A stretch of DNA of 64,000 nt from a virus, in the IMG/VR virus record IMGVR_UViG_3300045988_123906; one strand, 5' to 3'. The notes below the pieces were generated by a model, which was not told where the DNA came from, ran no database searches, and saw nothing but the letters and a program-made list of their open reading frames with translations. A program made the translations under genes and the position numbers. Positions 51,609 to 60,521 of the stretch are shown one piece after another. Each line of letters begins with the position of its first letter. Position 1 is the stretch's first letter.

Positions 51609-54152
51609 TTATTTCACCATCGCTTCATATATTTTCGGTTCAGCCAGACTATATCGCTGGCCAAGATATTCGTACTCGCCGTTCGGATCGTGAACTGGCA
51701 GCTGAACAGGAACCGGCTTGATATTTTCGACCACACCAGCGCCGGCCATGTGCCACAAGAACTTCTTGAATTTATTGGGATACTTCTCATAGCAAAGCAC
51801 TACAAGAATATTCGCCAGCTCTCTCACATCAGGACACACCAGCTTGCACTTGTTACGGTAGACATTGTAGATCGCCTGCCAGTTCGTTTCATATGTCTTG
51901 GCCTCTTCTTTGGTAATACGCGACTCAATGTCCTTATGATATAATTGCCAGTTGCGGCATTTCTTTTCGAACTCAAGTTGTTCCTTACGGCATTTGTTGA
52001 AGTCCAAGAAAATGGCCTCGATCTCGTCAAAGACTGCCTGGTCATAGGAGACCTCTGGGTCGTACATGATATGCCAATCAAAGCTGCCTGCGGGCTCTTT
52101 GCGCCACCGTACACCGCGCTCCCAACGCTCCAGACTCATGCAAAGCAGGTTCATATTGCTATGTGCCTTGCTGAGATTATGTAAACGTGCGTAGTAAGGA
52201 CCTGCATACTTCATAAAGTAGGGTAGGGGACGACCATAAGCTGCTACATTACGCGGGATCGGATACAGAACACCGGTTTTAGCATAATCGATAGCTTTTC
52301 CGTTGCAGATGCTCAAAAGCGAAATATTATCGTGATAAAGCTTCTTGGTCTTTTCCATGGTCGGAACCTTATTATGGTATGCAGTTGCGTAATTTGAAAT
52401 CTCGCCAATAGAACTCTTCAATCCGCGAATGGTGCAGGCGACTTTGTTCTTCACAATATCACATTCTGCTAACGCAGTGATCTTATCTTCAACATCGAGT
52501 GTAATAGGGATATTATCAGGAACACCACTCATCATCAGTGGATTATCGATGATTAGAACCAGGTCGCCGTCAAAATCAGAACCATTGAGTCTGGAAGCCA
52601 CGATGGATTTGATATTTACCATAGCAACATTCTGAAGATGGCTGCAGTATTTGCGGGTGTATTCGTTGTCTACAGCCTTGGCCTTTACATGCTCGGCAAC
52701 AGAAATATGGGGATTGCGCTCAATTAAGCGGTTTCCCTCCATCACACCACGACGATCAAAGCTGTAGAATTCACCGTCTTCAAGGCAGCCAGTCACAGGA
52801 AGGCCACCAATATGCTGTAACAGTGCAATAAGGTCAGGGGCCCAGAACTTAAAAGTAGCATTCATCCAAAGCCGACCGCACTTCATCTCATTGCGATATT
52901 TATCAAGCAGCGAGTGAATATAATCTTTGATTGCCGGCTCTTTTACCATCACTGGGTTGCGCAGGGCAGCAGCCATGTAATGATTCATTGGGTCGTTGTT
53001 CTCAGCAAGTAAACCAAGGAAGCAGTATGTATAAATCGGGTCGCCTTTGACAATATTCTGATACCAGGTAATGCTGTCATCAGCTAGATGCTTAAAAGAC
53101 TCATTGTCGAGCTGTAGATCTTGAATAACCTGATAGTTACTACGGGTGGAAAGCGGTTCTTGTTCAAGCGTAAAGTTCCATTTAGCCACACCAAGGCAGT
53201 TATCGTACTTCTTGAAAAGTTCCCAGTATCTCTCCCAGTCAGAATAGGTACCAGTTTTCTTGAAATATTTGAGACCCTTGTACATTGAAGCAGTAATAAT
53301 AATCATTGGTTCGCTGCCAGGTGTTACATCATATTCCATGCCCCAGATGTCCTTGATTTTTGTAACGCCGTTCTCTTCAAAAAAACGCTCGTAATCAATC
53401 TCGTGTAAACAACCCTTGATATATGGAGCACGCAGAATCAAACTGTTCATCCGTTCAGAAGTGCCGATACGCTTTTCAAATTCGCGCATGATACTTGGGT
53501 GGCAGATTCCAGCACCATCAAATGCGTTGATATCAATGTCGACTGTTTTTGTGGCGATATCTTTCTGAGTCCAAGTACGTTCTTTACCTGTTTTGCGGTC
53601 ATTAAACGTCACAGTCTTGTCTACCAGATACTCGATCCACTGATTTTTGATCGTTGTCATATAGTCTGGAACAACAATCATTTTGGGGTACCAGTTCTCC
53701 AGGCAGTGGCAGCTGCTCAGCATCAAACCACGATAAGCATAATACTTACTCAGGACGGTTGGTGTTTCAGAAAAATCTAGTTCCATGCTTACACGGCGGT
53801 CGAGTTCAGGGTAGATATGTCGCTCAACAAAACTTAACATGCTCTGACGGACCATACTTGCACTACGTTCACAGAACAGATATTTTTGGCCATTAAATTT
53901 GAATCCATGCTCTACTAAATGATCGATAGCATCAGGGTGGTTCTGGCCGCCTGTTGCATCAACAAAGATAATAAAGCGCTGGAATTTATTCTAATCATCG
54001 GAAATGAGCCGAATCTGTCTAAACAGCATATCGTCACCCTGCAAGACCTTATACTGCTCCATCTCTTCTGGTGTCAGTTTGAAATTATAGTTATGAGAAA
54101 CGATATAATTCAAGTTAAATTTTAGTACGCTATATAATGGTGGACTAAACAA
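51609..54152 (-). CDS. YonO-like single-subunit RNA polymerase (two-barrel family), 847 codons, in-frame TAG at 53991..53993
   Basis: ERNPHISVAEH...RLNGSDFDGDLV matches the RNAP beta-prime NADFDGD metal-binding loop context. GAGGAG SD and a TTG start at 54152. The N-terminal 99 codons are open across the TAG. Confidence 0.65.
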
Positions 54153-54165
54153 ATAATATCACTCC

Positions 54166-54528
54166 TCAATGAATCAAATTATTCCAGTGGTCGTTAAAGT
54201 GGTCATCGCCGTCATCTTCACCATCGCCGCCACCCATATCATCGTCGCCATACATGATCTCATCGTAGGCCGCCAGACACTTACTGATAAACACAACTAA
54301 AATGGGCGTAACCACCAGGGCAGTAAAGAGCACACGTCCTAGAATCTGATATGTAAGCACAAATACAACAAGCATTTCTGCGATAGTAAACATCCAATCA
54401 ACAAAGTCAACGGAACTTAAAACACCAGCGATAAGTACCATCAGCGGAATAGAGTTAACGCGGATCTCCTGAATATCGTCTCGCTCTGTATCGTTCTCTC
54501 TGCCCGGCTTCTTAGGCTCTTTGTCCAT
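54166..54528 (-). CDS. membrane protein with an acidic C-terminus (120 aa)
   Basis: TAAGGAGGT before ATG 54528. Hydrophobic segments followed by a DDDMGGGDGEDDGDD tail. Confidence 0.55.
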   Translation of the reverse strand: MDKEPKKPGRENDTERDDIQEIRVNSIPLMVLIAGVLSSVDFVDWMFTIAEMLVVFVLTYQILGRVLFTALVVTPILVVFISKCLAAYDEIMYGDDDMGGGDGEDDGDDHFNDHWNNLIH

Positions 54529-54544
54529 ACTATTGTGTACCTCC

Positions 54545-54727
54545 TTAGTCCTCGTCGTCGTCGTCCCACATTGTGCGCCGCTTCCGCCGCTCTGATTGCC
54601 GCTGGCGTTCGCCGCTTTCCTGAGCCTTCTCAACTTCCTGCAAAAACTGATTCTCGATCATACGCTGTTTGCGGGCGTTACGCATATAGCTGCTCTTAGA
54701 TACCTTATCACGCTTGCGATCACTCAT
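54545..54727 (-). CDS. small highly basic protein with a DDDDED tail (60 aa)
   Basis: GAGGAGGA before ATG 54727. Ends in TAA. Confidence 0.5.
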   Translation of the reverse strand: MSDRKRDKVSKSSYMRNARKQRMIENQFLQEVEKAQESGERQRQSERRKRRTMWDDDDED

Positions 54728-54995
54728 CGTCGCCGTCCTCCTCATCATAACCATAATCATCTGGGCAGTACATCTCATGGAACAAATATCGTGTCAAAGA
54801 AGGGGACATAGGTGTACCATCTTCCATCCACAACGTATCATAAAGCGATGCATTGCCGATCAGTTCCTGCTATTCTGCATATACCTGAATCGCGTCAAGG
54901 ATATCCTCGTAAGTTACATCATAATCGCGCACAGCATCAGCTACGGCAAATCCAATATTATAAATATCCTGTTTTGAAAAGTCGTTTTCTTTCAT
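54720..54995 (-). CDS. hypothetical protein, 91 codons, in-frame TAG at 54870..54872 (not in the ORF track)
   Basis: TAAGGAGGAA before ATG 54995. MKENDFSKQD...QVYAE[TAG]QELIGNAS... runs to TGA 54720. Confidence 0.5.
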
Positions 54996-55006
54996 ATAGT
55001 TCCTCC

Positions 55007-55276
55007 TTATATCAGCGGCTCACAAATACATGGTCCTGTCAGTAAATCTATTTTATGTTCAAGTTCTGCGATCCGAGCTTGTAATTGATCAATCGCAGTT
55101 TGATACGAGGTTGTTGTTGCTCTTATAGTATCTATACGTTCTACTGCAAAATGCGACAGAGTATTTGCTTCATCGACTTTGATAATCGCATGGTTTACTG
55201 TATCGTGCATAGAAAATAAATGATTATCTATTTCTTCAACTCTTACAGTTAGCTCTTGTTCATCCAATATTTTCAT
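55007..55276 (-). CDS. CxC-tail family member a (89 aa, coiled coil, ends PCICEPLI)
   Basis: ORF with SD AGGAG and the conserved C-terminal tail. Confidence 0.6.
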   Translation of the reverse strand: MKILDEQELTVRVEEIDNHLFSMHDTVNHAIIKVDEANTLSHFAVERIDTIRATTTSYQTAIDQLQARIAELEHKIDLLTGPCICEPLI

Positions 55277-55281
55277 CTCCT

Positions 55282-55596
55282 TTACAATAGACTTTCACAA
55301 TAATATTCACTATTTGTATTGATATCTCCATTTATCAGTTTAAGATATCGTCTGTACATCTGTTCAGCATAAGGCCCAGCAATTTCGAATTCAAATCCGT
55401 TATTTAATAAGAAAAGTCTTACTTTCCTTTTAACTACAAACGTTTCATCTGGTTCTCCATAGCGGCAAACCGTCATATCGTCTTCGTCTATTTGAAATCT
55501 GAAATTATCAAATTCTATTTTACAATCATTTTCAATTTCGATATGTAATTGTAGGGCTGCTTGTTGTTGTACTTCTTCACTGATATATTTTTTCAT
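55282..55596 (-). CDS. CxC-tail family member b (104 aa, ends YYCESLL)
   Basis: ORF whose start ATG lies inside the tail codons of the upstream member. Confidence 0.6.
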   Translation of the reverse strand: MKKYISEEVQQQAALQLHIEIENDCKIEFDNFRFQIDEDDMTVCRYGEPDETFVVKRKVRLFLLNNGFEFEIAGPYAEQMYRRYLKLINGDINTNSEYYCESLL

Positions 55597-55886
55597 AATA
55601 GACTCTCACAGTAACACTCATTGTGAATAGATACATTGTATTCTTCTTTTGGAAAATTTTTCGATATATAGTCTTTGATAAGCTTTTGTAAAGTTTCATC
55701 AGTAACTATGGTGTTATAATCAACCCATTTGTCGAATTGAATAGTGTGATGTGAATTGCCATGATTTACAGTGTCTATGGTCGATCCATTTTCAAATTGA
55801 ATTCGTACAGGCTGCTTCCAATCTGATGGATATATGTATATCTTATCATCGGGTATCAATAATTGATTGTTCATATCGTGCCTCAT
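55593..55886 (-). CDS. CxC-tail family member c (97 aa, ends ECYCESLL)
   Basis: ATG 55886 forms an ATGA overlap with the upstream stop. Confidence 0.6.
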   Translation of the reverse strand: MRHDMNNQLLIPDDKIYIYPSDWKQPVRIQFENGSTIDTVNHGNSHHTIQFDKWVDYNTIVTDETLQKLIKDYISKNFPKEEYNVSIHNECYCESLL

Positions 55887-56209
55887 AATAGTGATTCGCA
55901 GACACACTCGTTTTCTGCCTCGACAACATTAGGAATTGCAATCGTCCACAGTGTGTCGTGTCCCATTCCATAGTATTTTACTTCCGCTTGAACTTCACGC
56001 TGGTTACCATTTGCGTCAATGTAAGATACGATTTCGTTTGTGGTTCGCAGTGGTTTATCGCTTGGCAGAGCCCATGTGAATCCATCTTTCGCCCAGTCAA
56101 AAGTAAACTCGCCACTGTTGATATCATCGGGATATCTGTACTTACACCATCGCAACGTGCGATCATCATGCAGCGTATCAAATCTATTCATTGTTGGCAC
56201 CTCTGTCAT
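55883..56209 (-). CDS. CxC-tail family member d (108 aa, ends ECVCESLL)
   Basis: ORF with an ATGA overlap. Confidence 0.6.
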   Translation of the reverse strand: MTEVPTMNRFDTLHDDRTLRWCKYRYPDDINSGEFTFDWAKDGFTWALPSDKPLRTTNEIVSYIDANGNQREVQAEVKYYGMGHDTLWTIAIPNVVEAENECVCESLL

Positions 56210-56670
56210 ACCAAGCTGTCACACACGCATTCATCCCGCTGCACTTCTTTAGGCGCAGTTGGCGGTGTAAACTCAACCTCGCTCGGATCGTATGTCATCA
56301 AAGAACAGGCATCGATTCGCACATTCGGGAAGCACATGAACTTAAAGCATCGGTCAATATCATCAACAACAAGTGGCTTATCCTCTAAGTGCAATCCACG
56401 ATAATTATCGGGAGGACAAGTAGTTGTTATCACGTGAATACTGTATTCTCCGCGAGCTCTGCTTTGTAAATCCACTATAAGGCATTGATGATCAACCCTA
56501 TACCCCTAATATTGAATATCAAGGTTCCTTGCGATTTCCTTGATATAGTCCTGTGCACATAATATAGCCGTCCCGCCCATCGGCACCAAGATGTTACAGT
56601 TGTTCTTAACAGCGTATTCGCAGATCGCATATGTACGTCCACCGCCTCGTGGCGCTAATATTCTTTCCAT
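56206..56670 (-). CDS. CxC-tail family member e, 154 codons, in-frame TAG at 56506..56508 (ends ECVCDSLV)
   Basis: AAGGAGGG before ATG 56670. The frame is open across the TAG into ORF 56206..56475. Confidence 0.55.
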
Positions 56671-56682
56671 ATTTCACCCTCC

Positions 56683-57255
56683 TTACAATAGCGGTCTGCA
56701 CACACATTCGCACTGTTGATCAGCCAGAGCATCACGGATTACATCGTCCAGACATTCTGGTGTGATGGAGAACTGCTGGAACAAGTCAAACTGATTGTTG
56801 TTCATCAAATAGTTCATGGTGATCCGCCGCATTTTGTTCTCTGAAATATACTTCGCATCCTCTTCACCATACAGCCGCACGATCTCCTTGAAAAATTCAA
56901 AAGTATCGGTCAGCGCCAGCCTATCGTCAAAATAGAATGTCGTATATTGTGCGCCGAATTTATCTTTATTGAATATATTCCAAAAATCTTCGGGTGATTT
57001 ACAGATTGCGGTCTCCTTGCGATGCTTTTGCACAGTATCCATGCGTTCATACCAGTCACACACTGTGTCATAGATCGATGGCCTTACGAATAAAACGCGC
57101 ATTATTTCTTCTCCTTCAAAAACTGTTTTTGAGTTATGATATTGCGCTCCATATTTCAACGTCCTGAGTTGGTTCCTTTTCTTATGGAGTCTAGCACCAG
57201 ATGCATTTGCTAAGGCTCTATATGTGTTAATCAAATTATTTATTCTGTCTGTCAT
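56683..57255 (-). CDS. CxC-tail family member f (190 aa, ends CECVCRPLL)
   Basis: ATG 57255 forms an ATGA overlap with the upstream stop. Confidence 0.6.
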   Translation of the reverse strand: MTDRINNLINTYRALANASGARLHKKRNQLRTLKYGAQYHNSKTVFEGEEIMRVLFVRPSIYDTVCDWYERMDTVQKHRKETAICKSPEDFWNIFNKDKFGAQYTTFYFDDRLALTDTFEFFKEIVRLYGEEDAKYISENKMRRITMNYLMNNNQFDLFQQFSITPECLDDVIRDALADQQCECVCRPLL

Positions 57256-57488
57256 AATAAGCTCTCGCATATACATTCGTTTTCTGATTCTGGATAGTAG
57301 GGGATTGGATAACTGTATTGAGCCGCACGTCGATCTTCAGAGCAATTTCCTGGACGAAGTATATGTCGCGGATGAAAAGATAAGTCATGACCAAGCTCCC
57401 AGCGAAATCCTTGATAATCGAACCAGGTAGTATCTTGATTTTTGCTTAGAGTATCATAGAGATTGTTCATCACTTTATCGATTGTCAT
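57252..57488 (-). CDS. CxC-tail family member g (78 aa, ends ECICESLL)
   Basis: ORF with an ATGA overlap with the upstream small gene. Confidence 0.6.
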   Translation of the reverse strand: MTIDKVMNNLYDTLSKNQDTTWFDYQGFRWELGHDLSFHPRHILRPGNCSEDRRAAQYSYPIPYYPESENECICESLL

Positions 57489-57589
57489 ATACTGTACCCT
57501 TTGTTACTCATACGACCTTCGGTATCATCAGGTTTGCGCCGCGCTCTTTTACGAACTTGTCGATGAAATACTGCTGACCCTTCTGTCAT
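57485..57589 (-). CDS. 34-aa basic peptide (MTEGSAVFHRQVRKRARRK...)
   Basis: SD TAGGAGAA. ATGA overlaps at both ends. Below the ORF-track cutoff. Confidence 0.35.
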   Translation of the reverse strand: MTEGSAVFHRQVRKRARRKPDDTEGRMSNKGYSI

Positions 57590-57759
57590 GTTTGTTCTCC
57601 TATGTATTTCTTGAATAACTCTACTATTTGTTCGAATTCCGCTTCTTTGTAACGGTCATACAAAGCTTTCGCCAAACCGTCAATCGCTTCATAGTTCCAG
57701 TCGCCAGTAGGAGAGATGTAATCCATTAGTCGTAAGCCGTCTATTCTTACTTTTATCAT
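57586..57759 (-). CDS. hypothetical small protein (57 aa)
   Basis: AAGGGGTG before ATG 57759. Ends in TGA. Below the ORF-track cutoff. Confidence 0.45.
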   Translation of the reverse strand: MIKVRIDGLRLMDYISPTGDWNYEAIDGLAKALYDRYKEAEFEQIVELFKKYIGEQT

Positions 57760-57772
57760 TCTGCTGCACCCC

Positions 57773-59164
57773 TTAGTCTAACAGGTCAGCCAGTTGTGCT
57801 GTCTCGCTGCGTTCCGTCTTGTTCAGGTAGACATATCCAAAGTGCGGGTTACCAGCCAGACACTGAATTGCTTTACGCATTCCGCTGTTATTTTCAAACA
57901 CGGCCTCGTCAGTCTGCTTCAGGTCACCATCAAGCCACAGCATAGATCCCTCACCAACACGGCCGAGTAACAGCTGTACATGCTCTTTGGTCAGATTCTC
58001 AGCCTCTGAAACCATAATAATTGCATTCTTGTAGTCGCGGCCACGAATAAATCCAAGGTGAGCTACTTCTACCTGCCCATTATTGATCCAGTATTCCAAA
58101 CCAGCCTTGCCGCCCAAGTGATCAGCCAGAGGGCCAGCAAAAGAAGCAGCGCCGAGCTTCTCTAGTAGGGTACCGGGTAGTGCGCCCAGCTCCTTGGTAT
58201 TCTTGACTTCGATGTTATTGCGAATCCAGATCAGCTTCTCAACTTTGTGCTTCTCGATCATATCAATAGCAGAGGACACCATAAGCATTGTCTTGCCGCT
58301 GCCGAATGTTCCAGCCAGCATTTTAACGGTAATATCGTCGTTCTGCAGCATATCAAATGCGAGCTTCTGTTGATCATTGAGTGGTTTTACGTCGCCAGTG
58401 AAGCGATTACTGATCTTTTTGTATTTGAGTGGTACATATTTCTTGCCATTCCATCGTAGCCAGCCTACCGCATTACCTGCCGGCATATCATCGTCTACTG
58501 TGTCTGGATCACGAACAATCAGATAGCCATTCACTGGAGTGTCAAACAGATTCTGATATGTATAGCCTTCATCGTGGGTCTGATATGCCATCGCCATGGC
58601 TTCCTCGCCGCCTTCATCAAGAGTGACTTCGGTCTAGCCAGTGTAGTTATTGTTGGCGCTTACTGCTGCATCGGGATAGGTGAATTCGATCGGCAGGTAA
58701 AGAATGCCGCTGGCAATATTGGCGCAACTTAGGTCGCTGGTAACGAACTTGAAAGAATCAATGTTGGCCTGGATCTGTCGCTGTGCTTCCGGGAGCCCGG
58801 CTTCAATCGCGTCATCCAGGTTGCGCTGCATCTCGTCCAGATACCAGCGGGCGGTTGCCATGATTGTCGCGTCGTTGTTGTCACTAATCGGTTTGCCATC
58901 CAGAATATAGAACAGGGAAGACATTGGGACTGCCACTACCATAAAGGTGTTGTCGTCGTGATGCTCGGCCAGCAGGCGGGTTACAGTACGGGCCTTATAG
59001 CGGATCTCTTCGCTCTTCTTGCCGCTTGTTTTGATCTCTTCCAGCTCATGCAGTGTCATATCGGCAATCAGAAACGGCTCTGTTGCACCAGAGGCTGTTG
59101 CACTGGCAGGTTCGAAAGCGGCGGCTCCCAAATCAAGAAGCGCGGAGGTGTCATAAAACTTCAT
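57773..59164 (-). CDS. phoH: PhoH2-like PIN-PhoH ATPase, 463 codons, in-frame TAG at 58634..58636
   Basis: The N-terminus is PIN-like (FYDTSALLDL). The C-terminus is PhoH-like (Walker A GTFGSGKT, GALPG, FIRGRD, Walker B IIMVSEAEN). The two ORFs are in the same frame with an open 12-codon linker. Confidence 0.75.
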
Positions 59165-59225
59165 TAACGGGTTATCCTCCTTTAATAATGATATTGTAAA
59201 GTGTGATTGACTACTGAAAAGATAA

Positions 59226-59258
59226 GCTCGCAGCTGTGGAGAGAACTGCGGGCTTTTT
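59226..59258. other. GC-rich hairpin with flanking T/A runs in the phoH leader
   Basis: GCTCGCAG...CTGCGGGC followed by TTTTT on the plus strand. On the minus strand it lies between the promoter and the SD. Confidence 0.4.
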
Positions 59259-59269
59259 CTTTATACCTT

Positions 59270-59298
59270 ATTATACACCAATGACGTGGTAAAAGCAA
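59270..59298 (-). promoter_or_regulatory. sigma70-type promoter for the minus-strand early operon
   Basis: On the minus strand: TTGCTT (59293..59298), 17 nt spacer, TATAAT (59270..59275). Confidence 0.5.
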
Positions 59299-59337
59299 TA
59301 GTTTTGTGCAAAATACCGGAATAAAATAATCTGTTGT

Positions 59338-59403
59338 AAAAATAAATAAAATATAGTAAAAATGGCAGAAAAATTATTAAAATTAAGCAAAAATGAGCAA
59401 AAA
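59338..59403. repeat. seven phased A4-5 tracts with a period of about 10 bp
   Basis: A-runs start at 59338, 59348, 59358, 59369, 59379, 59389 and 59399. Confidence 0.8.
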
Positions 59404-59469
59404 TAATGCATTTTAAGCGTTTCTGCGGCGCTTTTGGGGCGCTGTTACGCGGCGATCAAGATACAACTG

Positions 59470-59760
59470 CGTGAAGATTGGGGTGAAAAACATTATTGAC
59501 GCGGAGCGTTTTATAACGATAATACGTTGTTTACCGGAGACAAAATCGGGGGTTAAATATGGGCGTTTTACGGGTGCGCAGATAGGGGAGATGACGGAAG
59601 ATTATGGGGTGATCAACAGGTGATTTTGGGTGCTGGTGACTGCGAATGAGGGGCGAATGTGGATGGATGATTGTTGCGTGGAGGAGGTGAGTGAGAGGCG
59701 GGTGAGGTGCGAAAACCGGGTGATTTGGTACGGGCTGGGGAGATGGAATAACTGGTACGC
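59470..59760. repeat. C-depleted, G-rich noncoding block with repeated GGGTGA motifs
   Basis: GGGGTGAAAAAC, GGGGTGATCAAC, AGGTGATTTTGG, GGGTGAGGTGCG and GGGTGATTTGG. There are very few C on the plus strand from about 59570 to 59758. Confidence 0.6.
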
Positions 59761-60435
59761 ACGACCCAAACTCGACCCCTTTTCCAATTTTTAACATCCC
59801 CCCGGTATGGCCCGAAAAGTCTAGGACTCATGCGGGTTTTCGGTGAATGCTACCTTCCGTTATTAGGTAGTATTCGAGTGCTGGAAATCTGGAATTTTCT
59901 TTTATACCTTATCTATATATAGGGGAAATCCTTGCATGGATGTTTCGTGCAAAAAATTTAATATGCTATTATGTAGTCACTCCAAGGGGCTACGGAAACA
60001 AGGCCCCGGGGAGTAGTCGCACCTTGAAAATTGCAAAGTTTGGATTTTCCCATGTGGGCGGTTTATACCGTGCCGGGTTTTCCGGTCAAGTGGTTATCCC
60101 TTGCCATTCCAAAACATGGGTCTCCTATCTGAGCAATTAGTGCGCCCAAACCCCCGATGGCCAAACATTACTGGCATAATTCCCAAGAACGTGGGAGAAG
60201 TTGCGGGGATGGTGTACCTTGACAACAGAATACAGGCAGTTCCGAGAACAACACAATAGGAATTGTTGCAACAAGGTCAGAGCTACTGTTGTAGAGCATG
60301 GAAAACGCCAAGGTCAGAGCTGGCGACAATTAACAAGCTCCAGAGAAATAAGTGTTTGATGGGTTTGGAACCCTAGAGGAGAAAGAAACCTTACTTGGTT
60401 ACAATTGTAGCCATTTTACATAAAGCCGGGCGCTT

Positions 60436-60465
60436 GGTAGTACCGGGGGAGACGTAACTACCACC
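60436..60465 (+). promoter_or_regulatory. conserved leader motif copy A (GGTAGTACCGGGGGAGACGTAACTACCACC)
   Basis: Shares CC-GGG-N-A-GACGT-AAC-TA-CC-AC with the copies at 62082 and 63168. The stem GGTAGT/ACTACC shows compensatory changes relative to copy C. Confidence 0.4.
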
Positions 60466-60521
60466 AACGGCAAAACGCCGTGTCCGATATACACCAACTG
60501 AGAAAACAAGAGGTAATAACT

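Noticed and set aside
757-58636. In-frame TAGs explained as nonsense mutations of a decaying prophage or as G-to-A hypermutation
   Set aside because: There are 17 interruptions, all TAG and none TGA or TAA. There are no frameshifts except the C9 tract. The segments downstream of each TAG remain open and read as protein-like sequence, and the extensions end in ATGA overlaps. Random decay or hypermutation of TGG would also give TGA.
59165-60520. Search for an amber-suppressor tRNA (CUA anticodon loop) in the noncoding gaps
   Set aside because: CTA-containing 7-nt loops at about 59826 and about 60375 lack flanking anticodon stems and T arms. No convincing tRNA was found. The suppressor, if phage-encoded, must lie outside the window.
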